DNA of 64,000 nt, from the NCBI GenBank assembly GCA_965224485.1, contig CBDCZH010000019.1, positions 64,001-128,000 of the forward strand, written 5' to 3'. A program made the position numbers and the translations under genes. Source of the DNA: Arcobacteraceae bacterium (GTDB lineage Bacteria > Campylobacterota > Campylobacteria > Campylobacterales > Arcobacteraceae). This document shows positions 12,001 through 19,351 of the stretch, piece by piece (position 1 is the stretch's first letter; each line of letters begins with the position of its first letter). Below the pieces are notes generated by a model. The model had not been told where the DNA came from, did not search any database, and worked only from the letters and a program-made list of their open reading frames with translations.

Positions 12001-13330
12001 TATTAGCAGGGTTAATTTCAAGTTTTGCAGCTGTAGTTTGAATACCATCACTAGCACTTAATGTAAAAGTTGGTAAATCAGCACCTGTATTTACTAAATC
12101 AACTCCTTCTTGCGTTAAAAGAATTTTTCCATCACTTATTTCATAATAATTATTTTCGTTTCCATTTATAAAACTTACCTTAACTTCTGGCCCATCAATA
12201 TCACTTACCAAGAATGTAGCAACTACATCACCTTTTGAAACATCATTTTCAATTAAAGTAGACTCTAAACTTTCAAATTTAATAGTAGCAGCATCATTTA
12301 CAGCAATAACATTAATATCAAATGATTTAGTTATTCTTCCTCCATCATCATCAATTACAGTTAGAGTAACTTCATCATCACCATTGAAATCTTTATTTGG
12401 TGTATAAATAATATTTCCTCTTTGATCTATTGAAACTTTTCCATTAGAAGCAAGTAAGATTGAGGAATCAATTGTTCCATCAATATCTGCTGCATTTGCA
12501 ATTATTTTGCCAATATCTTCAACTACACTTTGAGCTAATATTTCTATTGTAGGAAGGTCATTAACATCAATAATTGTTATTGAAGAACTTTGAGTAGAAA
12601 CAGAACCACTGTTATCAGTAACAGTCATAACAATGGTATCTTCTCCAAAATAGTTTTCATCAGGAGTATAAGTTAATGTTGAATCAGAATTAATTACAAC
12701 AGTACCATGCAAAGCACTTACTGAAATAAGGTCAATTATTCCATCAGGGTCAAAAGCATCATAAGAAAGTATAGTTGATTCATCTTCATTTGTAGTTTTT
12801 GACACTTCTAAATCAAGCAAAGGTTCTTGATTTGCACTTATTTTTTCATCAGTAGCGAATACAATGGCAGAGTTTTCACTTCTTGTTTTTGTTATAGGTT
12901 CTTCTTCTTTAACTTCTTCTTGTATTCCTTGATCATTAAGATAAGAATCATCAATAAAAACTTTTTTATTAGCTTTAGCATTTGCAGCAGAAGCTTCAAT
13001 AGTAGCTAAGAGCTCTTCAAAAGTAGTTATAAGAACTATTTCTCCATTACTTTTAAACTCTAAACTAGGTAAAGCTTCAGAAAATAAATTTTCAGAATTT
13101 TGATTAACTAAAGCACTAGCATAATCTTTTAATACTAAAACAGAACCATCTAAAAATAAAACTTTTACATCATTTTCGTTAAATATTTCAATTTTAAGAT
13201 CACTTGTATCTGTACCAAAAACAAGTTTTTCAATATTTGAAATATCAAGATAATCTAGTTCTGTATATTTTTCAATTTTAATCTCTTCTATAATTCCATT
13301 AGAATTTTTTACCGTTAGTTTATTTGCCAT
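1..13330 (-). CDS. Giant repetitive adhesin (LapA/RTX-adhesin-like, probable T1SS substrate), >4,440 aa; 3' end outside window
   Basis: ATG at 13330 with AAGGA RBS upstream, reading MANKLTVKNSNG. The same frame is still open at position 2 (SDVNGGT). The ORF track omits it, consistent with no stop in the window. Contains cadherin/tandem-95-like repeats (VNDAP/VNDDA, DxDGD), Ig-like domains, DUF4114-like domains and a TGDGND Ca-binding-like motif near 420. Confidence 0.93.
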   Translation of the reverse strand, partial: MANKLTVKNSNGIIEEIKIEKYTELDYLDISNIEKLVFGTDTSDLKIEIFNENDVKVLFLDGSVLVLKDYASALVNQNSENLFSEALPSLEFKSNGEIVLITTFEELLATIEASAANAKANKKVFIDDSYLNDQGIQEEVKEEEPITKTRSENSAIVFATDEKISANQEPLLDLEVSKTTNEDESTILSYDAFDPDGIIDLISVSALHGTVVINSDSTLTYTPDENYFGEDTIVMTVTDNSGSVSTQSSSITIIDVNDLPTIEILAQSVVEDIGKIIANAADIDGTIDSSILLASNGKVSIDQRGNIIYTPNKDFNGDDEVTLTVIDDDGGRITKSFDINVIAVNDAATIKFESLESTLIENDVSKGDVVATFLVSDIDGPEVKVSFINGNENNYYEISDGKILLTQEGVDLVNTGADLPTFTLSASDGIQTTAAKLEINPANTQDVNDEVILESNEVNTFTQNSATVGDLVVKYTTFDEDGDKIDVSLTNDVFYTLDNKGNVVLTKEGADAINEGKNLPDFKILATDNIQNSASEVSISLNDTILNQEAQIVIESVSSEFVEDSTSKGKVVATFSTSDNDGDEVSVSLSDTNNYKIVGNTVVLTQEGADAVNVGEDLPKFTLSATDNIQNQSTNKEINPVNTTDVNDDAVITLNEVKLNFTEDDTKIGETVAKVVASDEDDDVSLTLSDTTNYKLVTLTDGTVEVQLTKEGAELVNSGSDLPSFTVQANGITSNTLDPSVTTVNDDAQITLNEVKLNFTEDDTKIGETVAKVVASDEDDDVSLTLSDTTNYKLVTLTDGTVEVQLTKEGAELVNSGSDLPSFTVQANGITSNTLDPSVTTVNDDAQITLNEVKLNFTEDDTKTGETVAKVVASDEDDDVSLTLSDTTNYKLVTLTDGTVEVQLTKEGAELVNSGSDLPSFTVQANGITSNTLDPSVTTVNDDAQITLNEVKLNFTEDDTKTGETVAKVVASDEDDDVSLKLSDTTNYKLVTLTDGTVEVQLTKEGAELVNSGSDLPSFTVQANGITSNTLDPSVTTVNDDAQITLNEVKLNFTEDDTKIGETVAKVVASDEDDDVSLTLSDTTNYKLVTLTDGTVEVQLTKEGAELVNSGSDLPSFTVQANGITSNTLDPSVTTVNDDAQITLNEVKLNFTEDDTKTGETVAKVVASDEDDDVSLKLSDTTNYKLVTLTDGTVEVQLTKEGAELVNSGSDLPSFTVQANGITSNTLDPSVTTVNDDAQITLNEVKLNFTEDDTKTGETVAKVVASDEDDDVSLKLSDTTNYKLVTLTDGTVEVQLTKEGAELVNSGSDLPSFTVQANGITSNTLDPSVTTVNDDAQITLNEVKLNFTEDDTKIGETVAKVVASDEDDDVSLTLSDTTNYKLVTLTDGTVEVQLTKEGAELVNSGSDLPSFTVQANGITSNTLDPSVTTVNDDAQITLNEVKLNFTEDDTKTGETVAKVVASDEDDDVSLTLSDTTNYKLVTLTDGTVEVQLTKEGAELVNSGSDLPSFTVQANGITSNTLDPSVTTVNDDAQITLNEVKLNFTEDDTKTGETVAKVVASDEDDDVSLKLSDTTNYKLVTLTDGTVEVQLTKEGAELVNSGSDLPSFTVQANGITSNTLDPSVTTVNDDAQITLNEVKLNFTEDDTKIGETVAKVVASDEDDDVSLTLSDTTNYKLVTLTDGTVEVQLTKEGAELVNSGSDLPSFTVQANGITSNTLDPSVTTVNDDAQITLNEVKLNFTEDDTKTGETVAKVVASDEDDDVSLKLSDTTNYKLVTLTDGTVEVQLTKEGAELVNSGSDLPSFTVQANGITSNTLDPSVTTVNDDAQITLNEVKLNFTEDDTKIGETVAKVVASDEDDDVSLTLSDTTNYKLVTLTDGTVEVQLTKEGAELVNSGSDLPSFTVQANGITSNTLDPSVTTVNDDAQITLNEVKLNFTEDDTKIGETVAKVVASDEDDDVSLTLSDTTNYKLVTLTDGTVEVQLTKEGAELVNSGSDLPSFTVQANGITSNTLDPSVTTVNDDAQITLNEVKLNFTEDDTKTGETVAKVVASDEDDDVSLTLSDTTNYKLVTLTDGTVEVQLTKEGAELVNSGSDLPSFTVQANGITSNTLDPSVTTVNDDAQITLNEVKLNFTEDDTKIGETVAKVVASDEDDDVSLTLSDTTNYKLVTLTDGTVEVQLTKEGAELVNSGSDLPSFTVQANGITSNTLDPSVTTVNDDAQITLNEVKLNFTEDDTKTGETVAKVVASDEDDDVSLTLSDTTNYKLVTLTDGTVEVQLTKEGAELVNSGSDLPSFTVQANGITSNTLDPSVTTVNDDAQITLNEVKLNFTEDDTKIGETVAKVVASDEDDDVSLTLSDTTNYKLVTLTDGTVEVQLTKEGAELVNSGSDLPSFTVQANGITSNTLDPSVTTVNDDAQITLNEVKLNFTEDDTKIGETVAKVVASDEDDDVSLTLSDTTNYKLVTLTDGTVEVQLTKEGAELVNSGSDLPSFTVQANGITSNTLDPSVTTVNDDAQITLNEVKLNFTEDDTKIGETVAKVVASDEDDDVSLTLSDTTNYKLVTLTDGTVEVQLTKEGAELVNSGSDLPSFTVQANGITSNTLDPSVTTVNDDAQITLNEVKLNFTEDDTKTGETVAKVVASDEDDDVSLKLSDTTNYKLVTLTDGTVEVQLTKEGAELVNSGSDLPSFTVQANGITSNTLDPSVTTVNDDAQITLNEVKLNFTEDDTKIGETVAKVVASDEDDDVSLTLSDTTNYKLVTLTDGTVEVQLTKEGAELVNSGSDLPSFTVQANGITSNTLDPSVTTVNDDAQITLNEVKLNFTEDDTKIGETVAKVVASDEDDDVSLTLSDTTNYKLVTLTDGTVEVQLTKEGAELVNSGSDLPSFTVQANGITSNTLDPSVTTVNDDAQITLNEVKLNFTEDDTKIGETVAKVVASDEDDDVSLTLSDTTNYKLVTLTDGTVEVQLTKEGAELVNSGSDLPSFTVQANGITSNTLDPSVTTVNDDAVITVTAIEENFVEKSTKEGAKVASIKASDEDDDITLSLSDTVNYKIVEVNGVPEVQLTQAGAALVNTGADLPNFTVDANGITSNIVDPANTTDTVAHAQEDYAQVNEDGTVIINVLANDEEGSIITSVDVPVNKQGEALGTVEIVTVDGIQQIKFTPSHIYDALNEGSESGLEFNYQIKDSSGNSGESRVIVDVTGVNNDLTYVSEAAGYANVVGYYEIDSNGKPTGEVHVVIDDQHGMKKGEHLSDMDPDVNYGFFIIANGAGLINESSVITFDTSSDTPVLLINGSASTKPVYHDNPEFNADGKDHFVFSTDGKGGTNINIEDLPNLGDADFGDVVLNVNFELPDIIGNDVTAKNDSVSIYEDQTIIIDVIRNDKDATGDTLEITEVQSPVMLNGIEVGTAVIENNKIKFTPNDEFDSLNTNESKTVTFTYSVSDGQAGSDTASVSIAVHGTDDITTLKITAKEVTEDLSKEGSVVATFDLNDKDNNVRAEFTDGSNSENYYILDGNEVKLTALGEEYLDAGNTLPSISLTSSGSSTNITTLATPTTILVNDAPIAQDDNFGTETIMLGSKDQVYDFSAWNEVPGAQDGAMQIKVGNLSGTISGYSGGELGQLAYYSITGNGVLDVGLGMNAKPGSPESDYLESNRINYDEKIVMDFDSSIHSADIGVSHLTHGFDEGSSVQWIAYENGLEVARGSVASDTLNNDGDNDLTTNKIHVEATFDKIEFSLLDETNGAETWSSFTINYIQAEHNYSIVEAIEDTVLNIDSSILLQNDSDEDGDKLSIVSVSKTDDTHGEVSVDLTGNIIFVPEANYSGAISFTYTISDGNGEQSTATVSLNVKEVNDAPVITPLGVQSVDEDSAIQGKIIAVDEEGDSFSFALKEGTIAPTGFVLNEDGSYTFDADSYDSLNESQNQKIQLEIVVTDSKGASSQSTLVIDVNGVNNDVTYVGQSASFNNVIGYYEIDENGNPLGESIVIVDNQHNLDAGEHLADMNPNKEYGFFIIVNGAHLVNDESKITFDTSLDTPVLLINGTSSSKPVYWDNPTFNSDGKDHFILEDDGKGGTTIRVEDLPNLGDADFGDVVFNVNFKIANKMSVDSDLVDASDTGVSNKDDITSDDTPTITGNTESGAMVVITLNGIEVGRDEADLFGNYSITTSALEEGNHSLLITSTDSSGTSVTSTQEVLIDYSASEINKLSITNIVDTNGDYSSVTMSGTGAEVGNTIYLYDENKNQVASTFVKDDGTWNIDISDLKATKLNDNEFFFVKEMDTAGNLTDATDTTHYWHGTGQRVITEDYDDYVMTGDGNDYVIHDKNSSLRTVSGNDDNDFTVIDMGDGRHDKIEMGGRIEDYIISKNEDGDVTLREIVDSSRNIDDNNDSLGDLTILKNVELIKFSGSNWQYVTRLDYAPETQNASFELEQSLTNSYNFNLESSISDVNGGT
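1060..1525 (-). repeat. DUF4114-like domain, copy A, inside the adhesin
   Basis: GYYEID...YGFFIIVNG...NSDGKDHF...VEDLPNLGDADFGDVV; clear DNA and protein similarity to 3295-3760. Boundaries approximate. Confidence 0.7.
3295..3760 (-). repeat. DUF4114-like domain, copy B, inside the adhesin
   Basis: GYYEID...YGFFIIANG...NADGKDHF...IEDLPNLGDADFGDVV. Boundaries approximate. Confidence 0.7.
4326..11381 (-). repeat. 24 tandem near-identical 294-bp coding repeats (98-aa cadherin-like extender domain)
   Basis: gcatcatcattaac recurs at 4326, 4620, 4914 and on to 11382 (7056/294 = 24). Unit translates QITLNEVKLNFTEDDTKIGETVAKVVASDEDDDVSLTLSDTTNYKLVTLTDGTVEVQLTKEGAELVNSGSDLPSFTVQANGITSNTLDPSVTTVNDDA. 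Diverged copies flank it (about 4030-4325 and 11382-12300). Confidence 0.97.
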
Positions 13331-13430
13331 TATAAATCCTTTTTATATAGTATATTTTATAGGAGCAAACTTAAATATAATTTAATATATATAAGAAAAA
13401 GGTAATAAATAATTAATATATATCGATTAC

Positions 13431-13446
13431 TATGTTCATGAACATA
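13431..13446. promoter_or_regulatory. Perfect 16-bp palindrome TATGTTCATGAACATA about 100 bp upstream of the adhesin; candidate operator
   Basis: Palindrome seen directly; extends to 13427-13450 with one mismatched pair. Function inferred. Confidence 0.4.
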
Positions 13447-13516
13447 CTAAGAAAAAGCTTTTACATACGGAGTAAGAAGATAAAATAAAATCTAATATTA
13501 TTTATTAAAAATTATT

Positions 13517-14815
13517 TTATTTGTTTTTTGAAGAATTTTTTGAAAAAATAATAAATTTCTTTATTAATGATGTTTTAAAATAACTTGATTTATTTTTCAA
13601 AAGAGTATAATCATATTCGATTTTACTATTTTTACGCCATAAGCAATCAATAAAAGTAATATAAGTAGAGTTATATGCAACAATATCAATATCATTATCT
13701 TTATTATTCCACCAAGAACCTATAATTTTAGGGCTAAAGGATAATAACTCATTATCTTCATTTTTTATAAGTTCCATAATATATCGCTTATAAGCATCAC
13801 GAACAAGTCTTTTACTAAAATCTTTTCTTATATGAGAAATAACAGGATATAAGTCTTGTTTATGCAAAGAAGAATAATTTGGATAAATATAACAAAACCA
13901 AAACTTAATAAAATTATCATCAATTTCATAGCGTCCAAATTTACTATTATTGATATCTTCATTAATTGGAACAATCTTTTTTATAATCATAATATCAATT
14001 AGTTTTTGCATATATCTAGTTAAATAAGAAGATTTTAAATTCAAAAAATTTGCTATATCTCCTATTTTTTTGTTCCCCATTGATAAAGCATAAAGAATGG
14101 AAGCATACGTAGTAACATCACTCAAATCATTTTTAATGATATTTAAACCTTCATGAAAAACAAAACTGTCAAAAGATAAAAAATTATCTTTTATATTTAA
14201 TATAAAATCTTTTTTTTCATCATAAAGTTTTAAATATTGTGGGTTTGTACCAAAAGATGAATACACATAAACTAAGTCATTTTTATTTAAACCTGGCAAC
14301 ATTTGTTTAATGATACTCATATTAATTGATTGTAAGAATAAGCATAAAGAAGCTTTTTTATATAAGAAAAGATCTTCTTTATTTGAAGAATGATTTGAGC
14401 TTGATAAAATCAATTGAATATTTTTTTCGCCCAAAAATCTATTCCAACAATCAAAAACAATTTTTAATGATTTTTTTTCAACCTTAATTAAATTATGAAA
14501 ATCATCAATAATTATTACAAGTTTTGAAAGAATATCTTGTTGGTAAATAAGAGTAAATAACTCTTCTAAAGAAGAAACTTTATCTTTTTTGACTAAAGAA
14601 AATGATTCTATCACGCTTTTATTAAAGTTTTGCATTAATAAATGACTTACTAGTTCAGTAGCAACTAAATGTATTGTTCTTTTCTTTTTCGCATATTCAT
14701 TTAAAAAAGAAGTTTTTCCTACTTTTCGTCTACCAAAAAGTAAATTAATACAAGAAGAGGGTTTCTCATACTCATTATTTAATAATAAAAGTTCTTCATC
14801 TCTATATAAAAACAT
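13517..14815 (-). CDS. AAA-type (archaeal-ATPase/ATPase_2) protein with wHTH and DUF234-like C-terminal domain
   Basis: Walker A GRRKVGKT; Walker B IIIDDF; DNFIKFWF; GSWW...DIDIVA. Confidence 0.85.
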   Translation of the reverse strand: MFLYRDEELLLLNNEYEKPSSCINLLFGRRKVGKTSFLNEYAKKKRTIHLVATELVSHLLMQNFNKSVIESFSLVKKDKVSSLEELFTLIYQQDILSKLVIIIDDFHNLIKVEKKSLKIVFDCWNRFLGEKNIQLILSSSNHSSNKEDLFLYKKASLCLFLQSINMSIIKQMLPGLNKNDLVYVYSSFGTNPQYLKLYDEKKDFILNIKDNFLSFDSFVFHEGLNIIKNDLSDVTTYASILYALSMGNKKIGDIANFLNLKSSYLTRYMQKLIDIMIIKKIVPINEDINNSKFGRYEIDDNFIKFWFCYIYPNYSSLHKQDLYPVISHIRKDFSKRLVRDAYKRYIMELIKNEDNELLSFSPKIIGSWWNNKDNDIDIVAYNSTYITFIDCLWRKNSKIEYDYTLLKNKSSYFKTSLIKKFIIFSKNSSKNK

Positions 14816-14924
14816 ATAAAACCTTATAATTTTAATAAGCGTATTCTAAAACTATACAACTTAATAAAGTCTTATACTAAAATATATTTAGTTATTTAGT
14901 TTAATAATATAAGAGTTAAGAAAA

Positions 14925-15428
14925 TTATTTATTAGCATTTACAAGTTCATCATAAAAAATCAAATCATTATTTTTTGTATTCTTAAATAGTTCATCTTTA
15001 TTTTTTAAAAACTCTTCTTCATTAAAAAGTATTTCTTTATTTTCATTATCTAAAGATGCAGAAGAAGTATCAAATTTATTAAAATTCTTAGAAGTAAAGT
15101 CTATTGCATCGAACATTGTTTTCATTGAATCAATAATATAATTCATATTTTCTTCTACATTAAACAAAAAACTAACAGTTGTTATATTATCTTCTTGTAT
15201 TTCATTTTGAAAAACATGAAGTACAAAGTTTTTAAGTAAAATTTTTTTATTATTCGCAAAAGATAGTTGAAGGTTTTTATTATTAATTACTTTTAGTTTA
15301 ATTAAATTAATATCAACATCTATAGATATCTTATCATCACTATTTACTAAAATTTCTATACTTTCATCTTGGAATTCATATTTAGTACTAGGTTTTTTTT
15401 TATCTTTTACAATTATTTCAACTGACAT
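14925..15428 (-). CDS. Hypothetical protein resembling the N-terminal domain of the neighbouring giant adhesin
   Basis: ORF track 14925..15464; better start at the ATG at 15428 after AAGGGG. By-eye alignment to adhesin residues 1-120. Confidence 0.65.
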   Translation of the reverse strand: MSVEIIVKDKKKPSTKYEFQDESIEILVNSDDKISIDVDINLIKLKVINNKNLQLSFANNKKILLKNFVLHVFQNEIQEDNITTVSFLFNVEENMNYIIDSMKTMFDAIDFTSKNFNKFDTSSASLDNENKEILFNEEEFLKNKDELFKNTKNNDLIFYDELVNANK

Positions 15429-15510
15429 CATACCCCTTAAATAATTTATATAGTTATTATACAATTATTTTACTTTATTTTAAATTATTTTTTTTAAGTA
15501 ATATTTTAAT

Positions 15511-15954
15511 TTACCTAATTCTTTTTAGAGATTTTTTTGCCAATTTGAAAATTTTAGAAGAACTTAAAGAGCAGTATTTATTTTTATTTAGAAGAACAAT
15601 ATCACTTTTTTCAAAAGCAAAATCTTTTTCATAAAGTTTTGTACTCAAATTAGCTGAAGTTGAATATAAAGCACCAAATTTAAAAAGAAAATCATAATAG
15701 GAAGAGTTCTTTGGTATTACTCTAAAAGATAGTTTGTTTGGATATATATAAGTAGTTTTATTTGAATTTCTAACTATTTTTCTAAACTTTTTAGGAACTC
15801 TAGTTTTTTGATTTAATAGTGCAAAAGAGCAAAGAGTTTGTAAAATTTTTTTACTCTTTGCTCTTTGTTTTATATGTGAAAGTTTTTCATCATTTAATGA
15901 TGAAAAACCAACACTAGTATCAGTTTGTACTAAATATACTAAACTTGAATCCAT
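15511..15954 (-). CDS. Sua5/YciO/YrdC-family protein (short Campylobacterota TsaC-like type)
   Basis: QTDTSVGF, K.R...K, SFRVI and YSTSAN motifs. Confidence 0.8.
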   Translation of the reverse strand: MDSSLVYLVQTDTSVGFSSLNDEKLSHIKQRAKSKKILQTLCSFALLNQKTRVPKKFRKIVRNSNKTTYIYPNKLSFRVIPKNSSYYDFLFKFGALYSTSANLSTKLYEKDFAFEKSDIVLLNKNKYCSLSSSKIFKLAKKSLKRIR

Positions 15955-15956
15955 AA

Positions 15957-18900
15957 TTAATCACGTAAAAAGTCTTGTATAGACTTAACAGCTATTCCAT
16001 CTTTTTGTTTTAAAGATTTCATGGCTTCTACACAAGCTAAAGCAGCAGCAGCTGTTGTAACATAAGGTACTTTCATTTTAAGAACAGAACGTCTGATATT
16101 TCTACCATCACTTTTTGAGCTCTCTTTACCATCACTGGTATTAAAAGCAAGTGCAATATCACCATTTGTTAATAAATCAGTAATATTAGGTCTTCCTTCT
16201 GAAATTTTTAAAACTTTTTCACAAGGTATTCCTGCTTCAACAATAGTTTTATATGTTCCACCAGTTGCTACAACACTACAATCAATTTCAACTAAACCTT
16301 TTGCTATTTTGGCAGCAAACTCTTTATCTAAATCACATAAAGAGATAAAGACCTTACCTTCAGTTGGTAAGTCATTACTAGCTGCACTTTGAGCTTTGGC
16401 ATATGATTCACCAAAACTATTTGATATTCCCATTACTTCACCAGTTGATTTCATCTCAGGAGTCAAAATCATATCAGAACCAGATAACTTAGCAAAAGGG
16501 AAAACTGCTTCTTTAACTGCTATATGATCTCTTAGTATTGGTTTAAGAACACCATTTCCTTCCCATACTAAATCAAAATTATATGCAGCAAGAGCAACTC
16601 TTAAACTCTCTCCCCACATAACTCGAGTAGCCACTTTAGCTAAAGGCATACCTGTTGCTTTTGATACAAAAGGAACAGTTCTTGAGGCTCTTGGATTTAC
16701 TTCTATTAAATAAATTTCGCCCTTATGAATTGCATATTGAACATTCATAAGTCCTATAACACCTAAATTAAGTGCCATAGTTTTAGTTTTTTCTTCTAAT
16801 TCTTTTATTAGTGAAGCATCAATAGAAACAGGAGGTAAAGAACAAGCTGAATCACCTGAATGAACCCCAGCTTCTTCAATATGCTGCATAATTCCACCAA
16901 TATAAACTTCTTTTCCATCACAAATACAATCTACATCAAGCTCAATTGCACGATCTAAAAATCTATCAATTAAAACAGGAGCATCATTTGAAACTTCAAC
17001 AGCTGCACCCATATATTTTTTAAGTTCATCTTCTGAATAAACAATTCTCATTCCACGTCCACCTAAAACAAATGAAGGACGAACAAGTACTGGATAACCA
17101 ATTCTTTGTGCAATTTCAAGAGCTTCATTAACTTCAACAGCTGTTCCATTTTCAGGTTGTAATAAACCAGCATCTTCAACAAATTTAGAGAATTTTTTTC
17201 TATCTTCTGCTAAATCAATTACTTCAGCCGTAGTTCCAATAATCTTAGCTCCAATTTTTGTTAAAGCATTTGCTAATTTTAAAGGTGTCTGACCTCCAAA
17301 ATGAACGATAACACCATCTGGTTGCTCTTTTTCAATTACAGACCTTACATGTTCAAAATCAATTGGTTCAAAATAAAGTACATCAGAAGTATCATAATCA
17401 GTTGATACAGTTTCAGGATTACAATTGTACATTATTGTTTTAACACCTATTTCATTTAAAGCAAAAGAGGCATGAACACAACAATAATCAAACTCTATTC
17501 CTTGTCCAATTCTATTAGGACCTCCCCCAATAATTAGAACTTTCTTATCAGTACTAGGTTCTTTTTTAACACTTGGAAGTTTTGTAATATTTGTACTTGA
17601 GTAAAGATAAGGTGTAAGTGCTTTAAACTCAGCAGCACAAGTATCAACTTCATTATATTCAAAATCAACACCTAGACTTTTTCTTGCAGTATAAATATCA
17701 TCTTCACTTTTATTAAGTAAAGAAGCTATCATTAAGTCTGAGAAACCATTTGATTTAGCTATTCGCATAGCTTTTTCATCTTTTAAAATAGTATCATTAA
17801 TTGATATTTCTATATTATAGATTTCTCTAAATTTAGCTAAATACCAAGGATCAATTTTAGATAAATCAAAAAGCTCTTCATTACTTAAACCTTCTCTATA
17901 TCCTTGCATTACATATAATAATCTTTTTTCATTGGGACGTCTAATCTCTTTTTTAATAAATTCTAAATCAGCTTCAATCTTATCAAAACCGCAAAGTCCA
18001 GTTTCTAATGAACATAAGGCTTTTTGAATAGATTCATTAAATGTTCTTCCCATTGCCATAACTTCACCAACACTTTTCATAGAAGTTGTTAAAGTAGAAT
18101 CAGCTTTTGGAAATTTTTCAAAAGTAAAACGAGGAATTTTTGTAACAATATAATCAATTACGGGTTCAAAAGAAGCCGTTGTTCCTGTTATATCATTTTG
18201 GATTTCATCTAAAGTAAAACCAACAGCTAAAAGTGTTGCTACTTTAGCAATAGGATAACCTGTTGCTTTTGACGCAAGTGCAGAAGATCTTGATACTCGT
18301 GGATTCATCTCAATTACTATCATTCTTCCAGTATCTGGACAAATTGAGAATTGCACATTTGAACCACCTGTATCAACACCAATTTCTCGTAAAATTGCAA
18401 AAGAAGCATTTCTCATATCTTGGTATTCTTTATCGCTTAAAGTTAAAGCAGGTGCTATAGTAATACTATCACCTGTATGAACACCCATTGGATCAAGGTT
18501 TTCAATTGAGCATACAATAATACAATTATCTTTTGTATCTCGTATAACTTCCATCTCATACTCTTTCCAACCAAGCATAGATTCCATAACTTCTATTTCA
18601 TTAATAGGTGAGGCATCAATTCCTGCTTCTGCTAGAAGTTTAAACTCTTCCATATTATAAGCAACACCGCTACCTCCACCTGCAAGAGTAAAAGAAGCTC
18701 TTGAAATTACAGGGAAACCAATCTCTTTAGCTACGATAATCGCTTCTTCAACAGTATAAGCATTTGCACTTTTTGGTAAATCCATACCAATTTTTCTCAT
18801 AGCTTCATTAAATAAGTGTCGATCTTCACCTTTTTTAATAGCCTCTGGCGTAGCTCTAAAAACTCAATACCTTCAAGCATACCTTTATCATACATAGAAG

Positions 18901-19198
18901 TTGCAACATTAAGTGCAGTTTGTCCACCCATAGTAGGTAAAATTGCATCAATATTTTCTTGTTTAATAATTTTCTCAACAACTTCTTCTGTTATTGGTTC
19001 AATATACGTTTTATCTGCGAATTCAGGGTCTGTCATAATAGTTGCTGGATTAGAGTTAATTAAAACTACTCTATAACCTAACTCTTTAAGTGTTTTTGTT
19101 GCTTGAGTACCTGAATAATCAAATTCACAAGCTTGCCCAATAATAATAGGACCTGATCCTATAAGTAAAATAGATTTTATATCTTCTCTTTTTGGCAT
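15957..19198 (-). CDS. carB: Carbamoyl-phosphate synthase large subunit, split by a -1 indel near 18856
   Basis: [63 protein letters not shown]. Adding one G (TTAGAGCT to TTAGGAGCT) restores [15 protein letters not shown] and joins the two ORFs. Confidence 0.97.
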
Positions 19199-19301
19199 TT
19201 ACTTCCCCATATAGTAATTTAAAAATCTGACAATTCTATCTTAAAAGGGCTTAAAACAAGGTTATAATAGAAAAATAGGATAAATAAAAAAGAAGTTGTT
19301 T

Positions 19302-19337
19302 TAGGAATAAATAGAAAGTTAAATCTACTTATTCCTA
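19302..19337 (-). terminator. Hairpin downstream of the ThiF-family gene
   Basis: taggaataa...ttattccta imperfect inverted repeat between the thiF-like stop and the carB upstream region. Confidence 0.5.
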
Positions 19338-19351
19338 GATTTTATATTTGT

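Noticed and set aside
12827..13009. 60-aa + strand ORF
   Set aside because: Antisense to the giant adhesin.
18797..18870. Programmed frameshift or naturally split carB
   Set aside because: No slippery run at the break; one missing G restores the conserved sequence, and similar indels occur across the window.
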